The notes beneath the pieces are model-generated. The model had not been told where the DNA came from. It was given only the letters and a program-made list of their open reading frames with translations, and searched no databases. 28,685 nt of DNA from Vermamoeba vermiformis (Eukaryota): assembly GCA_045837725.1 (NCBI GenBank), contig JBEWZL010000038.1, positions 124,001-152,685 of the forward strand, written 5' to 3'. Shown one piece after another: positions 1 through 11,125 of this stretch. Every line of letters begins with the position of its first letter. Within the stretch, counting starts at the first letter, position 1. The position numbers were made by a program, and so were the translations under genes.

Positions 1-1412
1 GAGGGCTGTGAGGGAATTGTTAGGTCTGAGCACTTGACAGGTGTCAAAAGTGTCACGTTACCTTGCTTTTGGAACTCAGTGTTGACACGATAGGCGTATT
101 GAGAGGTCAACTCGTCTTCGTCTTCACCATAGCTGACTGAGAAGACCAAGGGGACCTTAGAGACCTTGTCGACTTGCAACATCCACTTGAGGAAGGCGTC
201 TTCGTTGGGATCAGTGGGATCCTTGACGGACCAGAAAGTAGTGGGAACTTGGTTACCAACACTCATAATGTATTGAATGTCCAAGCTGGCTTCAGTACCA
301 GCACCCCAGCCGTCATAACCGACGACGGAAGGAGTGTTGCCGAGGTTACCACGATCGAACAACAAAAAGAATTCGTCGAGATCGGCGTTGGAGTAGTATT
401 GGCTCAAGAACTGCACGCAAGATTGGCTGTTGTTCTTCGATTGGCTGGCGGCACTGCCAAGGCTGTAACGGTCACGCAAGACACCAGGAGTAACTTGCAA
501 GCTTTGGAAAGTAGTGCGCTTGTCGTGGGTAACAACGGAACGGATCTTGGGGAAGTGAAGCACGTTACCAATCAACTCGACGTGCTCTATCATAAGTACG
601 TTAGAACCACCTTATGAATAATAAAGGTGCATCTGACACGTACCAGCAATCTCTTCAGGGACGGTGTAAAGAGATCCAGCGCGGTGGATAGTCTCGCCGC
701 TGCGAGCATGTTCGTAACGGTAGATGTCAACCTCCAACAATTGTTCGACGGCCTCGACATTGGCATTAGCAATAATCCAGTCCTGTTAAAAAATATGAGT
801 CTTTTGCTCGTTCATGGAGTCAGATCCTTAGTTTGGCAGCTTCAAGGTATGACAGCGGCGTCAAAAAATGAACTGCACGCTTACGTTTTGAACAGTCCAT
901 GAAGTGATGCCGTTCTTAGCCAACCAAGAGGTAACGGTGGCGACAGCAACGGGATGTGGCTTCATCAAACGAGTGATAGCTTCGTGAGTCCACCATTCTA
1001 TAAATCAATATATTAATTATTAATCGGTTGCAAAATATGCAAAATATCGGTGCGGCAGACAACTCCATGTCCATTTTAATGACGATCCGAAAAAAAATTC
1101 AGGTTTACCCAAATACAAATCATACTTACGAGAGTACTTGGGTGAGGTAGGATCAGAGACAACATCGAGGACGCTAGTCAAAGTATTGCGGGCTTGCTCA
1201 GAGTGGCGAAGAGCAATGAACAGATTGTGTTTGTCGTTGGCAGGAGCACGAGAAACGATGCGCCAAGCAGCGGGTGTGTGAGGAGCAGCGCGTGAGGCAC
1301 GGTGCAAAGGTGAGTGAGAAGCAAGAGGTGTTTCAAGCGTGCGGCGAGCGGCCAAAGCACTGACCACGATCGCAGCAACGCACAAGAACAGGACGAGGCT
1401 TGCGCGAGACAT
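1..1412 (-). CDS. TPP1: Tripeptidyl-peptidase I-like sedolisin (peptidase S53) with signal peptide and prodomain; 3' part runs off the left edge
   Basis: Exons 1412-1130, 997-885, 782-644 and 586-62 have GT-AG borders. The spliced protein has a signal peptide, the prodomain motif VSDPTSPKY, and S53 motifs GTEASLDIQYI and VFSVSYGEDE. Confidence 0.92.
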
Positions 1413-1413
1413 T

Positions 1414-1714
1414 CTGGCAAATTAATAAGTAAGCTAAAATCAAGGATTTTTTAAGTTACATTCAATAAGGGGACCCATTAATAAACAAAAACAATTTGAT
1501 TATGATTGGATCGTTGATAAATAACTGCCATAATCGATATAAATTATTAAATATATCCACTAATTTAATTTGATAACAATAAATTATAAAATTATTGTTA
1601 AATGCATAAATGACACAACGAAAATCTTTTGGCGCGATCAACCGGTAGATAGATGCCGCTTCATGATTACATTGAATTTTTATCTTATTCTAATAATACC
1701 CATTGTGTTCTTAC
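1414..1714 (-). other. Probable ~300 nt 5'UTR intron of the TPP1-like gene
   Basis: Minus-strand AAG|GTAAGA donor at 1714; TTTGCCAG acceptor ends 1 nt before the ATG at 1412; AT-rich interior. Confidence 0.6.
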
Positions 1715-1966
1715 CTTAGTTGATGTGAATGATAATGAGGACGTTCTGTCCTGATTTTATTGCGCTCAAGAAATATCGCAAGACTTTTCGCCTGTCAAAC
1801 TCCCGTCATTGCGTTGAGCTATCTGTAGTCATGACTTAAAACACTAATGACTATTTTATATGTATCACTTATTTGATGAGGTGGCAAGCGGTTCGTAGAA
1901 AATTCGCTAAACACGTCACCATAATATCCCCAATTTTTGACAACCCCATTGTGATTAATTATCGAT

Positions 1967-3646
1967 ATGGAACCCACACACGAGCTGCATTTTGACGATT
2001 TACCGAACGAATTACTGCATTTCGTTCTCGAATACTTGGATAAGTCGGATTTGACCGCAGTAAGTAGAAGACTGGTACCCAATGCTTATTTTACATCGTA
2101 ATTATTTTTAATAAATTTTCGATAGCTTGCCATTGCAAGTAATCGATTCAGTGGAGTCATCTGGTCCCTGTTAAGACGTTTGAAAATTTCGCTCAAGAAA
2201 TTTGAGACTGATGCTAGCAGGTAAATATCAACTCCGGTGACATGTTTATAATATTAATTATTTTTTTAGTTTACTCAAGCAATGTTCAGAATTGCGCTAT
2301 TTGGAAGTCTCCGAGTACGTGCCCAACCCATCAACTCGTTAACCTTCCTTCTTAACAAATTATTTTATTACAGTGGTCCTACTTGGCAAATAGAATCATT
2401 GGCATCGTTGCCTAATCCATCGTATTTGACCCAATTAGTGCTGCGCAATTGCGACAAATTCAGATTGTACGATGGATCTCTCGAATACTACTTTCCAAAC
2501 CTAGAAACACTTCACTTCATTGTAAGGGCACATCTACATTGTGCACAGATGATTTATTAACCCATTTTTAGGGATGTCCTGCCGTTGGAGATTCAGCCTT
2601 GCCTTGGATTCCTAAGCACATCAAAGAGTTGAGCTTGGAAAATTGCAGAAAGATCTCAGTAAGTACTCGTTGATAATATAATCGTTACTGCTAAACTTAA
2701 TAATGTATAAATAGGACGAAGGACTCAGCTTGTTGGCGAAGCAATGCACATCATTAACAGCGCTGGATCTCAAAGGATGTTATCGCTTGTCAGGCGAGGG
2801 ACTCGTAAATTGTCTCACTCAACTCACGCAATTGAAGCATATTGTGCTTGCTAAGCTGTACAAACTCGGCGATGAACATTTGGAAAAGATTACAAAGCAG
2901 TGCCCGCAGTTAGAGAACGTTGACATCAGATTCCTCAGGATCGAAGACAGAGGTAAATAGCAGCAAAATTCCGCGTTACAGTATTGCGCTAACATTTTTA
3001 TCGCAGGTTTAAAGGCAATTGAAGAAAACTGCAAACATTTGAAGGAGATCCATTTGAAGTTTTGCACGGTGACTAATCCTGGCGTTATTTCTCTGTTGTC
3101 GCACAGCACAAAGCTCGTTAATATTGATTTGCAAGGTAGGTCTCGCCTATTACCGCGACATATCACTAATACAGCGCAGGAATCAAGTCACTTTCAGACG
3201 ACGCACTTGAAACCATTGCTGATCACTGTCCTCTCGCCGAATTGATAGACCTGCGAGATTGTACCGACATTGGCAAGGACACACTCAAATTTGAAAAAAT
3301 GTTAACCAAGTGCACTAATCTGCAAGCATTGATGTTGAGAAACATGGTGGTCAACGATGAAATTTTGAACATTATCGCCACGAGTGCTCCGGCCTCGTTA
3401 AGACTGTTGACCATGCAAGAGTGCAAGAGCATCACGTTGAGCGGATTAAAGGCCCTATCTAACAGCACATTGTTCAAGAACTTGACATTGTTGGATCTTA
3501 CCGCGATCCCCTTCACAGCCGAAGAATTGGAAGAAATCAACAATTTGTTCTTAACGAAGCGGTGGATCACGTGTTATTCGGACGACAAGAAGCCGCGAGT
3601 CTCCATTGGATTTGGCACTAAATGGCAAGAAAAGCCCGGATTGTAA
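1967..3646 (+). CDS. F-box / leucine-rich-repeat (FBXL-like) protein, multi-exon
   Basis: Exon 1 (MEPTHELHFDDLPNELLHFVLEYLDKSDL) is an F-box motif. Later exons carry cysteine-containing LRRs (LTALDLKGCYRLSGEGL, LIDLRDCTDIG). Splices stay in frame to TAA at 3646. Confidence 0.88.
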
Positions 3647-3717
3647 ATAGCAAAGTTTTGTACATAAATGTTTTACGCTTGTTTTCATCGCAATTGATTT
3701 TATTTACACTTTATTAT

Positions 3718-4821
3718 TTACACCAAGAAGTCTTCAACATTGATAGGCCCTCCTAAATCATCCAACGAGTCCAATCCCATTGGATCATCGGGCATCATCT
3801 GTGACTGTGACTGACTACCGCCGTTCGGATCCGCTCCGTCGCTCATGCCCTGACTGTCAGTTGGTTCGCTGCTCGCCATCACCTGCGACCCGTCACCGAG
3901 GTCTCCAGGCGAAGGTTTTAACATCGGTGAGTGCAGCGCGGACATTGGAGTGCCGAGTGTGGGAGTGCCGCCAGCCATGATGCCGTAACTCGACGCACTC
4001 AGCGCAATGGGAGTATTGACCGCACTGCCTGAAGTATTGTACGGCGTACTGACCCCGCCAGTGGGAGTATTGACCTCATTGGTCAGCGAGGGCATTGAAT
4101 TACCAAGCGGAGTTTCAACGGTGGAAGACACGCCATTGAGTTGGTTGTCCATGCGCCGCATAGACTTGCGTAGTTGTGCTAATTTATCGAACTGCATCTG
4201 ACTGGACTGATCCATCGTATTGTTGCGCTGCAAATACTTTTGTTTGCTAGTCTCCTTTGAAATGGGTCGAAGAAGTTAGAACCAAACCAAATCCAATCTA
4301 GGCAGAGGGGTGAATATTGGTTCTTAATCAAGTACTTACAACCACGGCGTATAAGTCATCGCAGTATCCCTCGAAAGATTCGTATTTTTGGGCAAGTTCA
4401 GCGAATGCCTCGCTCGATCGATTTTCAGTTTGCCTTAACACATTTGTCAGTATTTATAAGCACAAATAAAATTTTCACGTGCTTACTTGGAATTTTTTAT
4501 GTATGTTTGAGTTGAAGCTAAGAGATCCTAGGCAACTTGTATTAAAATATCGAAAAATTAATTTAAAAATAATGCAATAATTACCAGGACACTCAGCGTA
4601 AACTTCTGAATATAGGCCTCAATTTTAAAGGGGTTAGCATTAACTGGCACTTGCGAAGCACTAACCTGGTGCGGATTTTGGACCTGCACATTGACTTGTT
4701 GTGCAGGCGGGTTAGCCACTGGCGTATTCATCACCATACCCGCTGTATTTGTAGTCCCATAATACGGCTGTGTAACCGCAGTATTAGGACCGTTGACTTT
4801 GACGGGCATATGTATCGACAT
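3718..4821 (-). CDS. Putative Mediator subunit of the Med2/Med29/Med32 family, with a low-complexity acidic C-terminal tail
   Basis: Four exons (4821-4585, 4527-4487, 4433-4340, ~4254-3718). The spliced core ELAQKYESFEGYCDDLYAVVETSKQKYL matches the F..xCD helix pattern I recall for Med29/Med32. Recognition is from memory only. Confidence 0.55.
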
Positions 4822-5038
4822 CTTGCATTCGTCTCGATCACAGCATCTACAGATCGAACCTTACTTGTGTTATACTAGACACTTTACGGTTACGACAAGG
4901 CTCAGGGTGCTCGTGTGACAGTTTTTGCCTTGTTTGGCTCGGGAATTTTTTCTTTTTCGTTCGATTTTTCTGGTCGTTTTTTCTTTTGTAGATCCGTCCG
5001 AGGAAACTAACACGACAGTCAATTGTAATTAACACACA

Positions 5039-6322
5039 ATGTCAGGAGATACCTTATCAGATATCACAGCTTTATTCGAAACATTGAGCCCTCACGCTTG
5101 GGCTACATTGGGCATTGGTATTGCCATCAGCTTTTCAGTCGGTGGTGCTGCCTGGTAATTATTTTTTCAATTATTATATCGTGCATTTATCATAGAAATA
5201 ATTATAATTTTTTATTATAAGTTTAAATCGCCTGGCTATTATTTACAAATGATTATTGATTTTAATCCGGATTTATTGTTGTTATATCCTAATTGGATTT
5301 CTGTAGGGGTATTTACCTCACTGGTGTTAGTATATTGGGTGGTGGTATTCACGTGCCAAGAATCAGAACAAAGAACTTGATCAGGTAAGAGAGTCGTTAT
5401 TCATCTAATATTGAAAATTATTCGTTATTCGCTCGCTCGTGTTTGGCGAAAATACACGTAATATTAGTTATAAAACAACGTGCACACTAGTTATTACACG
5501 AAACAAAAGCTGCACAAAGCCAATCCGGATAATTAGCTCGAATCAGCACTTGATCGCGAGCAACTAGGCCTCTTTTGTCGAAAAATCAACGCACACGATT
5601 CAAACACGAGCTTGCAAACCACATACGATCATTAATACGAGTTTCGTTTGCAAATCCGTTACTACCGGATCAAATTTGACTTTTCCAGTACCTTTTCAAT
5701 TTTGCTTATGATCTTAGCACAACCTATTAATACTCCTTATTTAGCGTTATTTTCTGCGAAGCCGTGGCTATTTACGGTATTATTATGGCTGTCATTTTCC
5801 AAACCAAGATCGGTGATACTGGCGAGAACGTGACACCGAAAGACTATTATAGCGGCTTCGCTATTTTCTGGGCTGGTATGGCTGTTGGCTTGACGAACAT
5901 TGTTTGCGGGTAAGTGTGGTGTTTAATGCTTGATCTGCTCAGCACCCTACTTCGTGGCCGTTACACGGAATTACTATTGCTCAGCAAAATTCCAATTTTA
6001 TCACTTCGTCATGTACTCGATACCCTCTAAATATATACACATTTGTTTATACAAGGGGTGTCGATGATGTAATTTGTGGGACATCGAATGCTGTCAGATC
6101 TCAACAACCGTAACACCTTTGGAATAACTTACTCACCAATTATATTATAGTACTAGTGTTGGTGCTACTGGTAGCTCTGCCGCTGTGTCCGACGCCGCTA
6201 ATCCTGCTTTATTCGTGCGTGTGTTGATCATTGAAATTTTCGCATCTGCTCTTGGTCTCTTCGGCGTTATCGTTGGTGTCATTATGCAACAGAACGCTCA
6301 ATTCAACGTTGTCACTAAATAA
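5039..6322 (+). CDS. VMA16: V-type H+-ATPase V0 proteolipid subunit c'' (ATP6V0B/Vma16)
   Basis: Four exons give ...[46 protein letters not shown]...[23 protein letters not shown], the hallmark c'' sequence. Confidence 0.96.
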
Positions 6323-6596
6323 GAATGAGTGACAAGATCTACTGCGAAGTTATGTAGCAAAAGAGTTAACGGCGATCAGACACGAACAAACGTGCTTGCT
6401 CGCATTTTATTTAATTTTCATTAATAAATTATTATTTAAAAGTACTCGTATATTAAAGACGAACGATCATTCTAAATATTTGCTGCTCTTCACAGGTTAA
6501 CTCACCTTACTTAATGAATTTCTGTTGGTTCGGAAAAAATTCTAACAGACAGACGTGCCTGCTATTCTGCACTTTATTTTCAACTATCAACAACAA

Positions 6597-7665
6597 ATGG
6601 ACCGAAGATCTTCAACGCTTGCCGATTCCCCTATTGTTAGGATGCTCAGCGGAGGCGCTTGCGTCGCTGGAGGCGGATTCTTGGCTTACTTCGCTGTCAA
6701 GCACCACAACCGCGTTAAGCGTTTGAGGGCATATGGTATTAGGTAACAATTGCAAGTCAATAGGCAGAACGAGCTCTATACAACCACATTTATTGCGCCA
6801 CACTTAAAATCCGTTACAAAAAATTTTAAAAATTCGAGCATTGTTGCTGAATGTTATTTTGAGTGGTATAACCTATCAAGTATTGTTTTTATTCGTTTGA
6901 TAAATTATTTAAAATTATTGGGAACTCACCGATAGAATTCCTATTATGCGTCCTGTAATCTACGAAGCATTTAAAATTATTTTAATTTAAGCTGTCTAAC
7001 GAGATACTAACTATATTTGGTAATTAGAACTCACGCAACAGTAGTTGAAGTCGAAAAGACCCGCGTCAAGGAGCGCATTAAGGTACCTTTTGAACTCACT
7101 CAATAATTGCCTATAATTATTCTATTACTTATAATATGCTTGCTCGTACTGACTTAATTATTTTAGCGTCGCGAGAAGGTCAAGGACGTTGATGGCGTTG
7201 AGCGTGAAATCGAACGAGACGTCGAGGAGGAGAAGGTCAAATACACTCCTACTTACACCTTCGTCACTCAAGAGGGACAACAAGTACGTAGTAGGCATTG
7301 CAGTTGTATTGATCACATATCCTGATCTGTTACATTAGTACCGCTTCACTGGTAGCAGCGTCATGTCACCCGTGTACAAAGGTGACACCATGACTGTTAT
7401 CTACGATCCAGCCAATCCCAACAGCTACATTGAGGACAACTGGGGATCAACTTGGGGTGCCACTGTCGGCTTAGGTAAGATATCGACGAATATATGACCA
7501 ATCAATTGCTAGTGATTGCATGCATGAGGTCAGATCTAACGTGTTATCCTTGAAGGCGTGTTGGCCGCTCTGTTGGGTGCAGCAGGTATCTACACCTTCA
7601 CTCGTGCTCTGGGCGAGAAAGTTGATTTGAGATTGCCTTCTCGTAACTTGAACACTCTCATTTAA
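6597..7665 (+). CDS. DUF3592-like membrane protein (two TM helices flanking a beta-rich domain), 5 exons
   Basis: Spliced: N-terminal TM, LRAYGIRTHATVVEV, YTPTYTFVTQEGQQYRF, GDTMTVIYDPANPN, C-terminal TM. This is the DUF3592 motif order. Confidence 0.75.
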
Positions 7666-7882
7666 GACAGAAGAATCCGCGATATTGTTTGTATTTCCTT
7701 TCTTACTAGTAAGACCATGTAAATTGTTTGCATTTTATTTTGATAAATACTTCGCCATTATCCACTCGGCCAAAAAGAGCGCACCAAGTCTTGCTTGAGC
7801 ATAACGTTGCTGTCGATTTACAAGTAAAACTAGCTTTGGTCATTTTTGATTGCATTGCGAGTGAACGACAGAGATACCAATA

Positions 7883-9169
7883 ATGAAGGTCGCATTCATA
7901 GTAATTCTGGCTCTAGCATTAGTGGTGTGCGTCGCTGCTGCGGACCCAAAGAAGTACGGCAGATCGAGTGAATGTCGTTCAGATCTAACCAAATAATTTA
8001 AAAAAATTAGGAAGAAGAAGGATAGCTATTACGATGTGTTGGGAGTCGAGCAGGCAGCTTCAGAAAAAGAATTGAAAAAAGCCTATTTTAAATTAATTGT
8101 AAAATATCACCCAGATAAGATTGCAGACTATGATACCAACGCTAATGCTCAACAAAAATTTCAAGAGATATCACACGGTAATAGATATTAGTTTCAATTA
8201 TCTAATAACGAAAATTCAGCCTACGAGATCTTGTCTGATCCCGTCAAGCGAGAGCGCTACGATCGCTTATTGAGCTTCGGTCAAACGGTCTATAACGAAG
8301 ACGTCTTCAAATTCGAAGGTAATTAGCTGCGAATGTCTGGCTCTGTACTTAGCTAAACTCGCTATTGGTAGATGAACAAGAGAAGATCAAGCGTCAAGAG
8401 GCCGATGAAAAGCACTTCACTGGCGAGTCTACGGGCAAAAAATACAAGTTTAAAGATGCCAAGCAGACCTATGAAGAGGCTTTGCGTGAGGAAGAGCGTC
8501 GTGAACGCCAGGAGAAGAGTACGTGTCACTATAACCACTTCTCTTGTTGGCTAACAACCAATTTAGTCGAGACCATGATCACTTATTTGATTGGAATCGG
8601 CGCTGCTGTAAGTATAGTAATACACGGTACCTATTTCTAACAGACTGGACAAGCTGGTTGTTGTTTTCATCACGAGTATCTTCGTCAAGAAATCAAGCGC
8701 GTATCAAAAGTTCGAGAAGAACAAAAAAGAAACTGAAACGCGCAAGAACATTCAAGCCAACGTACAGTTCATCAAGAAAGTGCAACAAGACTACGAAGAA
8801 AAGCGCAAGAAAGAAGAGGAAGACGATGAAAGTACGGCACTCGGCGAGATTGTGCGCAACGAGTACGACGAGTCTAAAGTGACCAAGTTTGCGGACGAAG
8901 AGGACAAGTACGACGAACAAGTTGAGAACTTGGTCAAGGAGCACGAGCAAGAGGAGAAGCACGAGAAGGCGAAGGGCAGCTTCTACTGCGAGACTTGCAA
9001 GAAGGGCTTCAAGTCGCAGCACCAGTACGTAGTTGTTTTATGAACAGTAGTGCTCTATATTAACTAGCGACATTGCAGATTGGACAATCACTACGCTTCT
9101 AACAAGCACAAACAAGCCGTGCGTGAGGCTGAAGTTAAAGCCAAGCGCGCTAACAAGGCTAAAAAGTAG
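7883..9169 (+). CDS. DnaJ/Hsp40 protein: signal peptide, J-domain, single TM, charged coil, C-terminal C2H2 (jaz-type) zinc finger
   Basis: [19 protein letters not shown] signal; YYDVLGV...KYHPDK...[23 protein letters not shown]-domain; [48 protein letters not shown] finger; TAG at 9167-9169. Confidence 0.88.
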
Positions 9170-9372
9170 ATTAGCTTTGCAACGAATTTGACGGTAAAAA
9201 ATAGTTTAAACATGACACATGACATTTTTGAAATGTTATCGGTGGCAGGTCCCCTCCCAAAAATTTCGGAATATGTCAAAAGAAGAAATAGGAAAGATTT
9301 TTCTGGCGCTTTTTGCTTGTTGTCAAAAATATTTAAACGCAAAACCGGGTTTACTTTTATTATAGGTTCGAA

Positions 9373-9951
9373 ATGCAACGCAACACAATCCTCTCCCTGC
9401 TGATTTTTTCGGCCGTCATATCAGCATCTTACAGCGCTTGGCTCGTCAGAACTACTGCTGGCAAATGCGGAATGACACCGTTTTCAGTTCAAGCGATCAA
9501 TGGTAACTGCGCCTTCTCTGGAGGAGCCTACGCGTACAAGAAGATCACCTGCGACGGATCTACTGCAACTACTTACTACTGCGACACTGCACTGTGCAAC
9601 ACGTGCAAGCAAGGGTGGACACAGCAGTTGGGTACTTGTGACAGTAGTGGCGTCGTTACGCAATGTTTTGCTTCGCAGCCAGATCTCTCCAAGTTCGTTG
9701 GCGCCAAATACATCACTGACAGTTTTTACCCGTTGGGCACTTGCAACGGAGACCCCTCCGACATATATGCTTCGCCGCGCGACACGTGCGTGAATATCTA
9801 TGGCTCTGCGTCATACTCCATGTCTTGCAAGGACAACTTGGTCATGTATTACGGATACAATACCTCGACGTGCGCTGGCTCTCCAAACCAGCAATTCCCG
9901 AATGGTCCGCGCAATCAGTGTGCGTTAAGTCACTATCAACAATGCTACTAA
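9373..9951 (+). CDS. Secreted cysteine-rich protein (192 aa, 14 Cys, two internally similar halves), intronless
   Basis: Continuous ORF with a hydrophobic N-terminus, regular Cys spacing, codon usage like neighbouring genes, and AATAAA shortly after the stop. Confidence 0.85.
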   Translation: MQRNTILSLLIFSAVISASYSAWLVRTTAGKCGMTPFSVQAINGNCAFSGGAYAYKKITCDGSTATTYYCDTALCNTCKQGWTQQLGTCDSSGVVTQCFASQPDLSKFVGAKYITDSFYPLGTCNGDPSDIYASPRDTCVNIYGSASYSMSCKDNLVMYYGYNTSTCAGSPNQQFPNGPRNQCALSHYQQCY

Positions 9952-10025
9952 TTTGGTAATTAATAAATTTATTCTCGATCGAAATCTCGACGGATTAGAT
10001 CGAATTCATTCCACAAATGTACAAT

Positions 10026-10746
10026 TTAGCTTTGGATATCCAACTTGGCGTGTCTGTTGGGATCGTGTCGGATCTCATCCTCGACAGTGGTACCCTTGGC
10101 GAGAGCAGCAATGTAACCCATGAAGTATTTGACGCCCTTAGCGCCAGTGTTGTCCCAGTACTCGGCATCTTCAGCGTTGACGCGCAACAAGCACAAATTG
10201 GGGTCAGTTTTACCTTTAACAAGGCGTCAGTATTCGCTTTATGTAACTTTATTGCGTCCGTGGCTTACCTCCAGGGAACCATGCTTTCCATTCATCCTTC
10301 CAGATCTGGTTGATCTTGTTTTGATCCTTGACAGTCTCGGAATGTCCAGAAATACTTAAGTACTTGGCTCCCTTCTCAAAAGTAGCGACGATTCTGTTAT
10401 CTTTGTTGGCTTCGGCGACCTTAGGGCTATCAATTCTGAATATTTGCCAATTAAGAAACCAGTACACGGAGTATTTTATCTGATCCGCCTTACCCGGTAA
10501 CAAACCACAAGTCTCCGTTGTCATCGTAGCTACCAATTGCCATGGGACGTGCTCTAAGCTTGTTGTCGCAAACTAATTAGGATCAGAACTTTCCCTGTCT
10601 ACGTTTCGTCTTTAAGTTTAAAGAAACTTACCAGTGACAAGCATAGCAGTATCGAAAGAAGCCAAGAGCTTCTTCAAGTGAGCATGCTTTTGTTGGTCGG
10701 TTTCGATTGGGACTTTCTCGCCCATCTTTTGTTTTTCAGATGCCAT
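10026..10746 (-). CDS. Pyridoxamine-5'-phosphate-oxidase-like FMN-binding general stress protein (Gsp26/YdaG/Bli-3 family), 4 exons
   Basis: Spliced motifs FDTAMLVT, LRARPMAI, GDLWFVT, SPKVAE, YLSISG, WKAWFPGGKTDPNLCLLRV and AEYWD. Confidence 0.88.
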
Positions 10747-11125
10747 TGTTGTGTTTGATAGTGTTGAAATGCTTAAAATAAGGTTAATTTGCTTTTGTTG
10801 GCAATTCTTTATATCTTTCGTGGCGCAATCCATCGCGTGCCGGTCGTGAAAGTTCGAAGAGTTCTGCCTCACATTTTAGTTAAAGTTCTGATCTGCAATG
10901 CTTCCTTTTGTGGCTCGATGTATTAATACCATACCATTGTGAATAGATGAATAGACTGCGCTACCACGAAAACAAAATTAATGCTTTCGTCATTGACGGG
11001 ATAAATTCTTTGTTTTGTTTCGAAATCATTTATTTATTTTGTGTTGAGTTATCGACTGCAAAAGCAAATGCGAGTTGTTAGATAGTATTTACGTATTCAT
11101 TATAAACAATTTGTAAATAGTAACG

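Noticed and set aside
174-902. Plus-strand ORFs 174-617 and 627-902
   Set aside because: Antisense shadows of TPP1-like exons; most other short ORFs in the track are likewise shadows or exon fragments read into introns.
1631-1767. Possible box C/D snoRNA (ATGATTA...CTGA, flanked by GCGCGAT/ATTGCGC)
   Set aside because: Imperfect C box, no rRNA guide recognised, and the region is better explained as the 5'UTR exon/intron of the minus-strand gene.
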